The notes under the pieces are model-generated. The model did no database searches. It saw only the letters and a program-made list of their open reading frames with translations, and was not told the origin of the DNA. From the NCBI RefSeq assembly GCF_937958975.1, contig NZ_CALGRE010000045.1, positions 63,087-127,086 of the forward strand: a stretch of 64,000 bases of DNA, given 5' to 3'. Both the position numbers and the translations under genes were made by a program. The DNA is from an uncultured Eubacterium sp. (GTDB lineage Bacteria > Bacillota > Clostridia > Lachnospirales > Lachnospiraceae). Shown piece by piece: positions 1-10,589 of this stretch (positions within the stretch are counted from its first letter, which is position 1; each line of letters opens with the position of its first letter).

Positions 1-260
1 ACGAGGGTGGATATATCAGCTGGTATGATTTTACAGTGGAAATTATGAAGCAGGCAGGTAAAATAGATGATAGATATTCTCATGTCGAAGTAGCGCCTGT
101 TAGCAGCAGTGAATATCCTGCAAAAGCTAAACGCCCATCAAACAGTAGGTTGGATAAGAGTAAATTAAGAGAAAAGGGATTTGAGCCTCTGCCGACATGG
201 CAGGATGCTCTTAGCAGATATTTAGAACTAAAAATTGGAGGAACAAATGGGACAAATTAA
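1..260 (+). CDS. rfbD: dTDP-4-dehydrorhamnose reductase, C-terminal fragment (gene begins upstream of the window)
   Basis: Open frame runs from the window edge. The tail ...SSEYPAKAKRPSNSRLDKSKLREKGFEPLPTWQDALSRYL is typical of the RmlD/RfbD C-terminus, and rfbC follows directly. Confidence 0.7.
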   Translation, partial: EGGYISWYDFTVEIMKQAGKIDDRYSHVEVAPVSSSEYPAKAKRPSNSRLDKSKLREKGFEPLPTWQDALSRYLELKIGGTNGTN

Positions 261-849
261 AGTGACTAGATGTGATATAGAGGGACTTTGCGTGATTGAA
301 CCGTCCGTGCATGGTGATGACAGAGGATATTTCATGGAGACATATAATCAAAATGATATGAGAGAGGCCGGACTTGACATGGTGTTTGTTCAGGACAATC
401 AGTCTATGAGTACAAAAGGGGTTCTTAGAGGATTGCATTATCAGAAACAATTTCCTCAGGGAAAGCTGGTAAGAGCAATCAAAGGTTCGGTATTTGATGT
501 GGCGGTCGACCTGAGGACAGGTTCTGAGACTTACGGAAAATGGTTTGGGGTGGAACTCACAGCAGAAAACAAAAAACAGTTTTATATCCCAGAAGGCTTT
601 GCACATGGATTTTTGGTATTGTCAGATGAAGCTGAGTTTTGTTATAAGGTTACGGATTTCTACCATCCGGGAGATGAAGGCGGACTTGCATGGAATGACC
701 CTGAAATTGCTATAGAGTGGCCGAATTTAACCGGTGAATATAGGGGCAGTGCATCACCGGAAGGATATACTATGGAAGATGGGACACCGTTAAAATTGAG
801 TGATAAAGATAGGGAAATGAAGGGCTTTAAAGAAACATTTAAATTCTAA
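247..849 (+). CDS. rfbC: dTDP-4-dehydrorhamnose 3,5-epimerase
   Basis: Cupin epimerase motifs (DDRGYFMETY, RGLHYQ, KLVRAIKGSVFDVAVDLR, IPEGFAHGF). ATG at 247 follows GGAGG at 237-241; the track start at 235 is a TTG. Confidence 0.9.
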   Translation: MGQIKVTRCDIEGLCVIEPSVHGDDRGYFMETYNQNDMREAGLDMVFVQDNQSMSTKGVLRGLHYQKQFPQGKLVRAIKGSVFDVAVDLRTGSETYGKWFGVELTAENKKQFYIPEGFAHGFLVLSDEAEFCYKVTDFYHPGDEGGLAWNDPEIAIEWPNLTGEYRGSASPEGYTMEDGTPLKLSDKDREMKGFKETFKF

Positions 850-943
850 ATACAATAAAAAGAGGAAAAACAAAAGTTAATTAATTTTATATAGAGAATG
901 GTATCTATAAGGGTTTTAATAATATTTTGAATGAGGATACTAT

Positions 944-2047
944 ATGACAGGAAAAGATAAAAAAAAGATTTTACACATAGTGGAAGCTATGGGCGGGGGT
1001 GTTTTTACATATTTAGTTGAATTAGCCGATGAGATGAGTGATGAGTTTGATATCACCATCGCTTTTGGCATGCGAAAAGAAACGCCACAGAATTATTCTG
1101 ACTATTTTAATAAAAATATTGGAATGATTCGAGTTGAGAATTTTACGAGAAATCTAAACCCTATAAAAGATTTCAAAGCCTATCTGGAATTAAAGAAAAT
1201 AATAAAAGAGTTAAATCCGGATATTATACACATGCATTCGTCGAAGGCGGGGGCAATAGGACGTTTATTGTTTCATTCTAAAGAAAGAAAAATGTTTTAT
1301 ACACCTCATGGATATAGTTTTTTGAGAAATGATGTTTTTACGTTGCAACGGATGATATATAAGTTTGCTGAAAAGCTTTGTGGAAAGAAAGATTGTCTGA
1401 CAGTTGCATGTGGTGAGAGTGAATGGGAACAGAGTAAAATGGTCACAAAGCATTCCACTTTTATTAGTAATGGTATTAATATAAGAAAGATGCAAAAAGA
1501 TTTGGAAAATGTGAATATGTGCGGTGGTATAGATACTGCAAACAAAAAGGGATTTACTGTATATACAGTTGGAAGGATTAATCATCAGAAATGGCCGGAA
1601 TTGTTTAATGAAATTGCTGAAAAATTACCCCATATTCATTTTGTGTGGATTGGGGATGGCGATATGCGGGATAAATTGACGCAGCCCAATATTACAGTTA
1701 CAGGATGGCTTGAGAACAGTGAAGCTATGAAACTAGCGATGAATTATGACGTATTTCTTTTAGCGTCCCGATATGAAGGACTTCCGATATCCCTATTAGA
1801 AGCGATGTATATGAAAAAAATATGTGTTGTAAGTAATGTTGTTGGAAATAAGGATGTAGTTAAAAACGGTCAGACAGGATTTGTGTGCAATCATGTGGAC
1901 GAGTTTGTGCATGTAATAGCTGACTTAGAGAAAAGCATAGATAAGACTCTTGTAGAAAATGCATATCGTGAAATCATTGAGCATTATAATAGCGACTGGC
2001 TATGTAATAGATATAGAGAATTATATAATGAAAGTGTAAATAAATGA
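944..2047 (+). CDS. glycosyltransferase, GT-B fold (GT4-like)
   Basis: C-terminal EX7E-type motif ASRYEGLPISLLEAMYMKKICVVSNVVGNKDVV. RBS GAGGA lies upstream. Confidence 0.8.
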   Translation: MTGKDKKKILHIVEAMGGGVFTYLVELADEMSDEFDITIAFGMRKETPQNYSDYFNKNIGMIRVENFTRNLNPIKDFKAYLELKKIIKELNPDIIHMHSSKAGAIGRLLFHSKERKMFYTPHGYSFLRNDVFTLQRMIYKFAEKLCGKKDCLTVACGESEWEQSKMVTKHSTFISNGINIRKMQKDLENVNMCGGIDTANKKGFTVYTVGRINHQKWPELFNEIAEKLPHIHFVWIGDGDMRDKLTQPNITVTGWLENSEAMKLAMNYDVFLLASRYEGLPISLLEAMYMKKICVVSNVVGNKDVVKNGQTGFVCNHVDEFVHVIADLEKSIDKTLVENAYREIIEHYNSDWLCNRYRELYNESVNK

Positions 2048-3261
2048 GTAAGATAAATGTTCTTGTGTTGATAACAGTCATGGACAGAGCCGGCGCCGAG
2101 ACTATGTTAATGAATTATCTTCGCAGTATAAATAGAGACAAAATACAGATGGATTTTCTGATTAATAGAAAAGAAAGGGCAGACTATGAGAATGAGATAG
2201 AGCAATTGGGTAGTAAAGTCTATCATATGTGTCCTTTATATCCGGGGAGATTTGGTAAATATAAACGGGAATTTAGAAAGTTTCTGACAGAGCATCCGGA
2301 GTATCGGATAATACATTCTAATTTAGAGGAGCGAAGTTATTTTGCATTGAGAATCGCCAGGGAAATGGGGATACCGGTGAGGATTGCTCATGCACACTCT
2401 GCACCGAAGGGACATGATTTAAAAATGTTTGCCAGACTCTATTTTAGAAAGAGAATGCAAAAATATTGTACGCACAAGATGGCGTGTGGGGAAAAGGCAG
2501 CAAAATGGCTGTTTGGGGATGATGTTCACATCGTTAATATGGAAGAATATGTTTGCAATAAAGCAAATTTAGGGAATAATATTGCAATTATTATGCGAAA
2601 TGCTATTGATACCCGAAAGTTTACTTATACAGAGACGGTGCGCACGGCAGAAAGAAAAAAATTGAAAGTGAATGATGGTACTTTGGTTATAGGGCATATC
2701 GGAAGATTTACCCGTGAGAAAAACCAAAGTTTTTTAATAGATGTATTTCTTAATGTTAATAACCGGTATAAAAACAGTACGCTTTTGTTAATAGGCGGAG
2801 GAACGCCCAAGGAAGAATTAAAATATAAAGAAGAAATACAGAGAAAAATAAAAGAATTAGGACTGACAACAAAAGTTAAATTTTTAGGGGTAAGAGATGA
2901 CATTCATGAGATTATGCAGGCAATGGATATATTTGTCATGCCTTCGATAAGTGAGGGATTTCCGGTGACATTGGTAGAAGCACAGGCTTTAGGCTTAAAA
3001 TGTCTGGTGTCTGATGGGGTTAGTTATGAAGTGAATATGACCGAGGAAATTCAATATAAATCTTTGGAGGATGGTCCTGAAGAATGGGCAAATAAGATTA
3101 TATCATTTACAGGAGTAAAATCCGGTGACGAAGAAAACAAAGTTTTTACTGTAACGGATGTAGACAGTACGAAAAGAATGCAGATGAATCAAAAGGTATC
3201 TGCTGCGGGATACGATATCATGGCAAATACTGAATTGCTGGAAAATTTATATAAAATGTAA
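2044..3261 (+). CDS. glycosyltransferase, GT4-like (paralogue of 3763..4905)
   Basis: MPSISEGFPVTLVEAQALGLKCLVSD motif. The N-terminal half is clearly paralogous to the 3763 gene (…HPEYRIIHSNLEERSYFAL…). Start overlaps the upstream stop (ATGA). Confidence 0.8.
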   Translation: MSKINVLVLITVMDRAGAETMLMNYLRSINRDKIQMDFLINRKERADYENEIEQLGSKVYHMCPLYPGRFGKYKREFRKFLTEHPEYRIIHSNLEERSYFALRIAREMGIPVRIAHAHSAPKGHDLKMFARLYFRKRMQKYCTHKMACGEKAAKWLFGDDVHIVNMEEYVCNKANLGNNIAIIMRNAIDTRKFTYTETVRTAERKKLKVNDGTLVIGHIGRFTREKNQSFLIDVFLNVNNRYKNSTLLLIGGGTPKEELKYKEEIQRKIKELGLTTKVKFLGVRDDIHEIMQAMDIFVMPSISEGFPVTLVEAQALGLKCLVSDGVSYEVNMTEEIQYKSLEDGPEEWANKIISFTGVKSGDEENKVFTVTDVDSTKRMQMNQKVSAAGYDIMANTELLENLYKM

Positions 3262-3270
3262 GGTGTTTAG

Positions 3271-3729
3271 ATGAAGATTATTAAATTATGGTGCCATATA
3301 ATGGCATTGATTAAAAAATTGATTTATAAAATATTATTTGGTAGAAAACTGAGTATTGGGAATGGGACAACATGGAGACATGGGTTCCATATTGCAATAG
3401 AAGGCAATGGCAGAATTGATATTGGCAGGGACTGTTTTTTCAATAATTATTGCTCGCTAAATGCACTGCAATATGTGAGTATTGGTGATGGAACAATTTT
3501 TGGCGAGAACAGCCATGTTTATGACCACAATCATCGGTTTCGGGATGAAGGAGAGACGATAAAGAGTCAAGGCTACAGCGTAGGCGAGACGGTGATAGGG
3601 AAACATTGCTGGATTGGAAGTAATGTGGTGATTCTCAAGGGAGTACATATTGGGGATAATGTCACTGTGGGAGCAGGTTGTGTCGTGAGTGGTGATGTGG
3701 AAGCCGGAAGTATTGTCAGACCACAGTGA
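3271..3729 (+). CDS. hexapeptide-repeat (LbH) O-acetyltransferase
   Basis: Left-handed beta-helix repeats (IGDGTIFGENSHV, IGKHCWIGSNVVILKGVHIGDNVTVGAGCVV). Confidence 0.75.
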   Translation: MKIIKLWCHIMALIKKLIYKILFGRKLSIGNGTTWRHGFHIAIEGNGRIDIGRDCFFNNYCSLNALQYVSIGDGTIFGENSHVYDHNHRFRDEGETIKSQGYSVGETVIGKHCWIGSNVVILKGVHIGDNVTVGAGCVVSGDVEAGSIVRPQ

Positions 3730-3762
3730 TAACTCAAATTGAGGGTATAGGAAGGAACGAAT

Positions 3763-4905
3763 ATGGAGCCAATACATGTTTTAGTTTTAGATACGGTTAT
3801 GGACCGCGGTGGTGCGGAAGCTATGATTATGAACTACATGAGAAATATTGATAGAGATACCATCAAATTTGATTTTATGGTGAACCGGGATTATAAAGCT
3901 GCATATGAAGATGAGATAGAGGCTTTAGGAGGAAAGATTTACCGTACCTGCCCGATGTATCCGAAACTTTTTAGACAATATAAAAAAGAAGTACGTGAGA
4001 TTTTGAAGGCACATCCGGAATATAAGATAATACATTCTAATTTGGAAGAAAGAAGTTATTTTGCACTCAAAGAGGCAAAGAAACTGGGAGTATCGGTGAG
4101 AATTTCTCATTCCCACAATAGACCTCTCGGAGTGAACTTAAAACTTATCGTGAGATATTATTTTCGTTTTATGCTCAAGTTTTATAATACCCATATGTTT
4201 GCCTGTGGTGAGGAGGCAGGAGAGTGGCTTTATGGGAAAAAGAATCGTGACAGAGTAATTGTTATGAAAAATGCCATTAATGCGCAGCAGTACAGGTATA
4301 ATGAGCAGATTCAGAATGAGGTTAGAAAAGAACTGGGGATTGAGGGAAAAAAGGTAATAGGACATGTGGGAAGATTTTTTCCACAGAAAAATCATGAATT
4401 TTTAATTGACATTTTTAAGGCTGTTCATGATAAGGACAGCGAAACGATTCTATTGTTAGTTGGCGGCGGAGAGGCAGATGATGCTCTGAAAAATCAGATA
4501 AAGGAAAAGGTAAAAACATTAGGTTTGGAAGATGCGGTTATATTTCTTGGTGTCAGAGAAGATGTGGAGCGTGTTGTTCAGGCATTCGATGTATTTTTAT
4601 TGCCGTCATTGTTTGAGGGACTGCCAGTGACAATGGTAGAGGCACAGGCGGCAGGGCTGCCATGTGTGATTTCGGATAAAGTGCCGATACAGTGTGATAT
4701 CACGGGTAATGTGGAGGTAGTGAAACTGGAGGACAGTCCGGAACAATGGGCTGACAAGATTTGTGAGCTGGCTGATAACTTTGAGAAAAGCGATACCTAT
4801 GAGAAAATAGTGGAAGCCGGGTTTGACATTAAGGAAAATGCAAAGTGGCTGAAGGAGTTTTATGTGGGAGCAGTAGAAAAAGTTAGAAAATGTGATGAAA
4901 TATAG
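3763..4905 (+). CDS. glycosyltransferase, GT4-like (paralogue of 2044..3261)
   Basis: LPSLFEGLPVTMVEAQAAGLPCVISD motif. Colinear similarity to the 2044 gene. Confidence 0.8.
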   Translation: MEPIHVLVLDTVMDRGGAEAMIMNYMRNIDRDTIKFDFMVNRDYKAAYEDEIEALGGKIYRTCPMYPKLFRQYKKEVREILKAHPEYKIIHSNLEERSYFALKEAKKLGVSVRISHSHNRPLGVNLKLIVRYYFRFMLKFYNTHMFACGEEAGEWLYGKKNRDRVIVMKNAINAQQYRYNEQIQNEVRKELGIEGKKVIGHVGRFFPQKNHEFLIDIFKAVHDKDSETILLLVGGGEADDALKNQIKEKVKTLGLEDAVIFLGVREDVERVVQAFDVFLLPSLFEGLPVTMVEAQAAGLPCVISDKVPIQCDITGNVEVVKLEDSPEQWADKICELADNFEKSDTYEKIVEAGFDIKENAKWLKEFYVGAVEKVRKCDEI

Positions 4906-5121
4906 CGCATACTGAGAGGATTATTGCGCGCAACTTCTGTTTGCAGATAGCTGTCAGGAAAAATATGTGTGATTGCGGATTGATTATAAAAATGATAAAA
5001 TTGAATAAAAGTATACTTATTATGAGAGAGGATGTATGATTTCAAAATTGTTGATTAAATCAAAATATAAATTTGGGATGGAAAGACAATTATAAATATT
5101 GAGATGTAGAGAAAAATAGAG

Positions 5122-6210
5122 ATGGATTTAGCAGAAAAAAAAATAAGAAGACAAAATAGAGATATTGTATTGATACTAATACCGGTAGTATTTCTGATTG
5201 CAAAAGTTATACATATATATTTGCTTCCGGATAAATATTATTTTGACAGTTGGAGAATGTTGTCCATGATGAGTGAAGAGGGAAATATGATAGCATGGAC
5301 AGGATATCAGTCGACAGTAGATTTTTATCAAGCTATCAATATTTTTGGTTTTTCAACTCTTAGTCAATGGAGTATAGGGATTGGTCTTATAATGACACCC
5401 ATTACTATGTTTATGATTTCAAAAACAAAAGAAATGAGTTTTCGGGAAGCATTATTTACATTAATGGCTATGGGGTTACTAAATATTTATGTGTTTAGTA
5501 TAACGAAAGAGACAATACAATTTCTATTTTTTATGGCAATATATATTATAATCTGTTTACCAATAAATAGCACTTTTATAAAGCTATTAGGGTGTGCAGG
5601 AATCTTTTATTGGGAAAGTACATTTTATAGGGGATATTATATTATAATGGCTGCTATGGCAGTTTTTTTATATTTTGTTTTTTTGTGGTTGAAGAATAGA
5701 GTGGTAATTAAAAAAAAGGATGTTATTATTTCTATAGTTATGTGTTATGCAGTTTTGCTATTCATGATGTATATGAGTCAATACATTATGCCGGAGGATT
5801 ATAGTGAGGCGATTAATGTCAGAGATATTTCTGTCAATGAAGATGCATCTACAGCGATTATAAATCCTGTTGAGGTAAAGGATAATTACGGAAATTTTGC
5901 AATTGATTATGTTATCAATTCTATAAGAATGATGTTTCCTATAGAGTTGGTATTTAAAGGTGTATTATATATTCCTTTTTTCATATATCAGATTTTTATT
6001 CTTATTTATTTTATAAAAACATTAGGAAGTATAAAAAAGGTTGAGAGTAATATGCTTGTAGTTTTATCATGTTTTAGTGCATATCTGTTTGGTAGTTTCA
6101 TTTTTGAACCGGATTTTGGTTCGTGGGTAAGACATGAAGCTGCGACATTTCCGCTACTTCAGGTTATGGCGTACAAATGCGAAGGATATGATACTGCAAA
6201 TGAAAGCTGA
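5122..6210 (+). CDS. polytopic membrane protein, candidate Wzy-type repeat-unit polymerase
   Basis: About 10 hydrophobic segments and no catalytic motif I recognise. Assigned by context: it is the only polytopic non-flippase membrane protein inside a Wzx-containing locus. Confidence 0.45.
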   Translation: MDLAEKKIRRQNRDIVLILIPVVFLIAKVIHIYLLPDKYYFDSWRMLSMMSEEGNMIAWTGYQSTVDFYQAINIFGFSTLSQWSIGIGLIMTPITMFMISKTKEMSFREALFTLMAMGLLNIYVFSITKETIQFLFFMAIYIIICLPINSTFIKLLGCAGIFYWESTFYRGYYIIMAAMAVFLYFVFLWLKNRVVIKKKDVIISIVMCYAVLLFMMYMSQYIMPEDYSEAINVRDISVNEDASTAIINPVEVKDNYGNFAIDYVINSIRMMFPIELVFKGVLYIPFFIYQIFILIYFIKTLGSIKKVESNMLVVLSCFSAYLFGSFIFEPDFGSWVRHEAATFPLLQVMAYKCEGYDTANES

Positions 6211-6227
6211 AGAGAGGAAGTTAGCTC

Positions 6228-7403
6228 ATGAAACAGAGAATGATGAATACTTTTTTTAGGATTACAAAAAGTAAAGCATTGGCTAAAATTTTAGCACACA
6301 TAGGATATGCTATTTTAACAGTTTATTATCATATTTTCAGACGAATTATTATAAAAGGAAAGAAAAGCTCTTTAGATGCAGGAGAGGCGAAGAAGAAGCT
6401 GGAGGTTAGCAGGCCGAAACCTGAGATGCAAAGTGAGATTATTAATAATCAAAATGACGAGAGCGTGGATTTATCGATTATTGTCCCTGCATACAATGTG
6501 GAAAAGTATATTGAAGAATGCATTTCATCAATAATATGTCAAAAATCAAAGTATAGTTATGAAGTTATTATCGTAAATGATGGAGCAACAGACCGGACAG
6601 ACAGTATCATAAAAACATTCACAGATAAAAAAATAAGATATATTGTCCAGGAAAATCAAGGATTATCAGGGGCCAGAAATACAGGACTCAATATAGCAGT
6701 GGGGAAATATGTAATGTTTGTGGACTCTGATGATATTTTAGAAGATGATAGTATTAATCAGTTGATGGATGCTGTTTTTATGAATCAGGCCGATATAGCA
6801 ATTGGTGGATATTATACGTTTATAGAAAAGGATAAAGAGAAACAATATTTTGTAAAAGAGAGACAGGTAATAGATAAAAATCCGGATATAGCAGTTTGTA
6901 ATATGGGGTTTGCATGGGGAAAAGTTTGTAGAAGAGAATTGTTTTATAATTTAAGATTCCCAATGGGAGCATGGTACGAAGACACAATTATATGTAATGT
7001 TTTATATAGAATGAATGTAAAGATTGCAGTGATTGACCGGCCTGTATATGGGTATCGTGTAAATCCAAAGGGAATATCGAAGACAGCCAGAAATTCCGTT
7101 AAGACGATAGACCATTATTGGGTAATGGAAGATGCATTATGTCAGGCTGAGAAAAATGGTCTAAAAAATGATGCATTACAATATGAATTGGTTTTGAATC
7201 ATATGTCCACAATAATGTACCGGCGGTTGTCACTCATGGAGGAGACTATTATTGAAAGTGCATTTATTTTAGCATGTGATATGCTGGATAAAATAAGACC
7301 GGATGGATATAAAGTAGAAGGAAAAGTTATACATAGAGATATAGAAGACGCTTTTAAAACCAGAAATTACAAGTTATGGAAATTGGCAAGTTTTATAGTA
7401 TAA
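6228..7403 (+). CDS. glycosyltransferase family 2 with an N-terminal membrane-anchor extension
   Basis: GT-A motifs LSIIVPAYNVEKYIEECISSIICQ, VNDGATD, GLSGARNTGL, FVDSDD. About 75 aa of leader contains a hydrophobic segment. Confidence 0.8.
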   Translation: MKQRMMNTFFRITKSKALAKILAHIGYAILTVYYHIFRRIIIKGKKSSLDAGEAKKKLEVSRPKPEMQSEIINNQNDESVDLSIIVPAYNVEKYIEECISSIICQKSKYSYEVIIVNDGATDRTDSIIKTFTDKKIRYIVQENQGLSGARNTGLNIAVGKYVMFVDSDDILEDDSINQLMDAVFMNQADIAIGGYYTFIEKDKEKQYFVKERQVIDKNPDIAVCNMGFAWGKVCRRELFYNLRFPMGAWYEDTIICNVLYRMNVKIAVIDRPVYGYRVNPKGISKTARNSVKTIDHYWVMEDALCQAEKNGLKNDALQYELVLNHMSTIMYRRLSLMEETIIESAFILACDMLDKIRPDGYKVEGKVIHRDIEDAFKTRNYKLWKLASFIV

Positions 7404-7414
7404 AAAGGATAATT

Positions 7415-8509
7415 ATGAGCAGTAACAAGAAAAGAGTGTGTTTTTTTTCGGGCGATATCACAAGAAGTGGTGGAACAGAGAGGGTTAGTTCGATAATAGC
7501 AAATGAGTTGCAGCAGTATAACAAGTTTGATTTATGTTTTTTAAGTTTATTTGAAAAGAGAAAAAGAACATTTTTTCCTTTGGAGGAACAAATAAAAAGG
7601 TTTACTTTATATGATAAAGAGGTAAGCGGTGCCAAACACTTTTTTGGATATATATATAGAATCCATCGATTCGTTATCCGGGAAAAAATAGATATATTAA
7701 TCGATATTGATGGAATATTGGATATGTATTCTATTCCTGCGCTCATGTTTACGAAAGTAAAACTCATTTCATGGGAGCAATTTGGATATTATCAAAACCC
7801 CTATGTAAATTATAGAAAGTTTACGAGAAAATGGGCGGCTAGAAAAGCAGATGCCATAGTTGTTCTAACAGATACAGATAGAGGATACTATGAAAAAGAA
7901 ACCAATATAAAGGGAAAGCTTGTTAGAATTTATAATCCAATAGAAAGAAATGCGCGCGAACACCAATATAATCTGGAAAGTAAACAGTTGATTAGTGTTG
8001 GAAGGCTGAATCAGGAAAAAGGTTTCGATATGTTAATCGATATTGCAGAAATTGTCTTTAAAAAGCATACTGATTGGAAATGGATTATTTTGGGTGAAGG
8101 GGAGGAAAGAGTTTGGTTAGAAACGAAAATAAGAGAAAAGAAGCTTGAAAAACATATAGTGTTGATGGGAAAAGTGAATAATGTTAATGATTATTACCAG
8201 GAATCCGCAATATACGTTTTAACATCAAGGTTTGAAGGGTTTGGTTTGGTATTGACAGAGGCGAAAAATATGGGTTTACCGTGTGTCAGTTTTAGATGCC
8301 CTGCCGGACCGGGAGAGATTATTGAAGAAGAAGTGAATGGATATTTAGTGGATTGTTTTGATATAGAGCAAATGGCAGAAAAAATAAATTTATTAATAGA
8401 AGATGGTAATCTTAGAAAGAGTTTCTCTGACAGAGCTATGGTTGGAACGGAGAAGTTTATGTTGAATATCATTGGGGAGCAATGGAAAAAACTATTAGAG
8501 GAATTATAA
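7415..8509 (+). CDS. glycosyltransferase, GT4-like
   Basis: TSRFEGFGLVLTEAKNMGLPCVSFRCPAGPGEII motif. ATG at 7415 (MSSNKKRV) follows AAAGGA; the track start at 7376 overlaps the previous gene. Confidence 0.8.
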   Translation: MSSNKKRVCFFSGDITRSGGTERVSSIIANELQQYNKFDLCFLSLFEKRKRTFFPLEEQIKRFTLYDKEVSGAKHFFGYIYRIHRFVIREKIDILIDIDGILDMYSIPALMFTKVKLISWEQFGYYQNPYVNYRKFTRKWAARKADAIVVLTDTDRGYYEKETNIKGKLVRIYNPIERNAREHQYNLESKQLISVGRLNQEKGFDMLIDIAEIVFKKHTDWKWIILGEGEERVWLETKIREKKLEKHIVLMGKVNNVNDYYQESAIYVLTSRFEGFGLVLTEAKNMGLPCVSFRCPAGPGEIIEEEVNGYLVDCFDIEQMAEKINLLIEDGNLRKSFSDRAMVGTEKFMLNIIGEQWKKLLEEL

Positions 8510-8521
8510 AGGAAGTAATCA

Positions 8522-9532
8522 ATGAAAGAGTTAGTGTCAGTCATATTACCAATATATAATGTAGAAAATTATTTAGAGAAGTGTGTAAATTCGGTACTCA
8601 GTCAGACATATCATAATTTAGAAGTGATTTTAGTAGATGACGGAGCCAAGGATAACAGTGGTAAAATTTGTGATGAATTGAAAAAAAAAGATAAAAGAAT
8701 ACGGGTTGTGCATAAAGAAAATGGAGGATTGTCTTCGGCCAGAAATGCGGGATATGAGGTCGCAACGGGCAAGTATTTAATGTATATTGATAGTGATGAC
8801 GAGATTAAGAGCGAGATTATTGAGAAATGCGTGTCAGTAATAGAACGTGATGAATCTGATTTGGTTATTTATGGATATGATAAAGTTGATGAACAGGGCA
8901 ATCTTTTGGAAACTTGTGTATGGGGGAACAAATTGTTATCCAATAAAGAAATGGTATCTTATTTGTATAATGCAATACAGGAAATGTCATTTGGATATGC
9001 ATGGAATAAGTTATATAGAAAGTCGGTCATTGACAAATCAGAAGTGTTAGCAGATGCCAAAGTAATAGACAGAGAAGATTTGGTCTATAATATGGAATTA
9101 TTAAAGTATTTTAGAAAAATATCATATTTAGATTATTCAGGATATAGATATTTACAAAGAAATACAAGCCTGTTACATAATTCAAATTTGGCAAGGCTGG
9201 ATGGTGTGGAATATTTCGTTAAAAGAATAAAGAATATTGATGTGGGAAATGAAAAAGTAAACAGTAAAGTTTTTAATATGACAGTTTTACACTATTTGGC
9301 AGATTGTATTATAAAAAATATAATTTGGAATGATGAATTAGGCAGCAAAGAAAAAAAGAAAATTATGCAGGAAATAATAGATAAATGTCCATTTATTAAT
9401 TGTTTATATGACGATATAGATAATGGAAGGCATTTACGGTTACTATACAAAAGTATTGTCAATAAAAAGGCTAAGTATTTTATTTGGTATGTGAGATTAG
9501 GAGACTTAAAAAGAAAAATCCTTAATAGATAA
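8522..9532 (+). CDS. glycosyltransferase family 2
   Basis: VSVILPIYNVENYLEKCVNSVLSQTY, VDDGAKD, GGLSSARNAG, YIDSDD. Confidence 0.8.
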   Translation: MKELVSVILPIYNVENYLEKCVNSVLSQTYHNLEVILVDDGAKDNSGKICDELKKKDKRIRVVHKENGGLSSARNAGYEVATGKYLMYIDSDDEIKSEIIEKCVSVIERDESDLVIYGYDKVDEQGNLLETCVWGNKLLSNKEMVSYLYNAIQEMSFGYAWNKLYRKSVIDKSEVLADAKVIDREDLVYNMELLKYFRKISYLDYSGYRYLQRNTSLLHNSNLARLDGVEYFVKRIKNIDVGNEKVNSKVFNMTVLHYLADCIIKNIIWNDELGSKEKKKIMQEIIDKCPFINCLYDDIDNGRHLRLLYKSIVNKKAKYFIWYVRLGDLKRKILNR

Positions 9533-9601
9533 TGTCATTTCCGGCATGAATACAGAAGAAATCAGGTATAGACGCAATATCAAAAAGAGGTTAACACAAA
9601 A

Positions 9602-10570
9602 ATGGATAAAGTGAGTATAGTTATTCCTGTGTATAATGCAGATAAATATATTAATCAATGCATTCAGAGTGTTGTTTGTCAGAAATATGAAAATATAGAA
9701 ATTATAATCATAGATGATTATTCTACAGATAACAGTTTGAATAGATGTAAACAATATGAAAAAGAAGACAATAGAATAAAAGTATATCAGGCGAATGGTA
9801 AAGGGGTAAGTGCGGCAAGAAATACAGGAATTTCTAAGGCTACGGGAAAGTATATTTGTTTTCTGGACAGTGATGATGCGTATGAAACAGCATATGTGGA
9901 AACAATGTTGTATGAAATCAATAAAGATAAAAGCGAGTTGGTTGTTTGCGGTTATAAGGAGATATATAGTAAGGAAGAAAATAACAAGCGTGTAAGTAAT
10001 CAAAGTTTATCCGTGGAAGAGTATTTAAATATTATGGTATCAAATCGAGAGACAGAAGATATGGTTAATTACCCATGGAATAAACTTTATGTAAGACAAA
10101 TTTTAGACGACAATAATATTAGGTTTGATGAGACAATTTCTGTGTCAGAAGATGCATTGTTTAATATGATATATTTGCAGCATATAAATAAAGTGACAGT
10201 AATAGAGGAATGTTTATATAAACATTATATGGTTGAAGGTTCCCTGGTCAACAGTAAAATTGAATTGGACAAGCAGAAAGATACTTTACTAATGATATTT
10301 AAAGAATATGAAAGGAATTATTCCATAAGAAATATGGAAGATAAATATAGGACAGTAATAGGGAAAAAGTTGTTATATTATTTTTTGCGATTGTGTCAAA
10401 TTTATAAAGGAGACAAATTAAGACAGATTATAAAAGAATTACATCATACTGATTATTTCAAATATATAAAGAAGGCTGAATGTATTAATTTAAATTACAA
10501 AATATTTAAGTGGTTATATTGTTTTAATTTGAATAGATTATTGGCAATTTATTCTGAAGTGAAGCAATAA
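9602..10570 (+). CDS. glycosyltransferase family 2
   Basis: VSIVIPVYNADKYINQCIQSVVCQKY, IDDYSTD, GVSAARNTG, FLDSDD. Confidence 0.8.
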   Translation: MDKVSIVIPVYNADKYINQCIQSVVCQKYENIEIIIIDDYSTDNSLNRCKQYEKEDNRIKVYQANGKGVSAARNTGISKATGKYICFLDSDDAYETAYVETMLYEINKDKSELVVCGYKEIYSKEENNKRVSNQSLSVEEYLNIMVSNRETEDMVNYPWNKLYVRQILDDNNIRFDETISVSEDALFNMIYLQHINKVTVIEECLYKHYMVEGSLVNSKIELDKQKDTLLMIFKEYERNYSIRNMEDKYRTVIGKKLLYYFLRLCQIYKGDKLRQIIKELHHTDYFKYIKKAECINLNYKIFKWLYCFNLNRLLAIYSEVKQ

Positions 10571-10589
10571 GTAGACGAAAGGGATAGAA

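Noticed and set aside
5026-5095. A small ORF (about 19 aa, MISKLLIKSKYKFGMERQL) with a GAGAGG RBS in the intergenic region upstream of the Wzy-like gene.
   Set aside because: It is too short and featureless to support, and it could be a chance ORF in AT-rich spacer DNA.
5135-8689. Homopolymer tracts in polysaccharide genes as possible phase-variation switches: A9 at 5135-5143 at the start of the Wzy-like gene, T8 at 7441-7448, A9 at 8681-8689 in a GT2, and several A8 runs.
   Set aside because: The locus is about 30% GC and Lys/Phe codon runs produce such tracts by composition alone. All are in frame here, and no length variation can be assessed from a single sequence.
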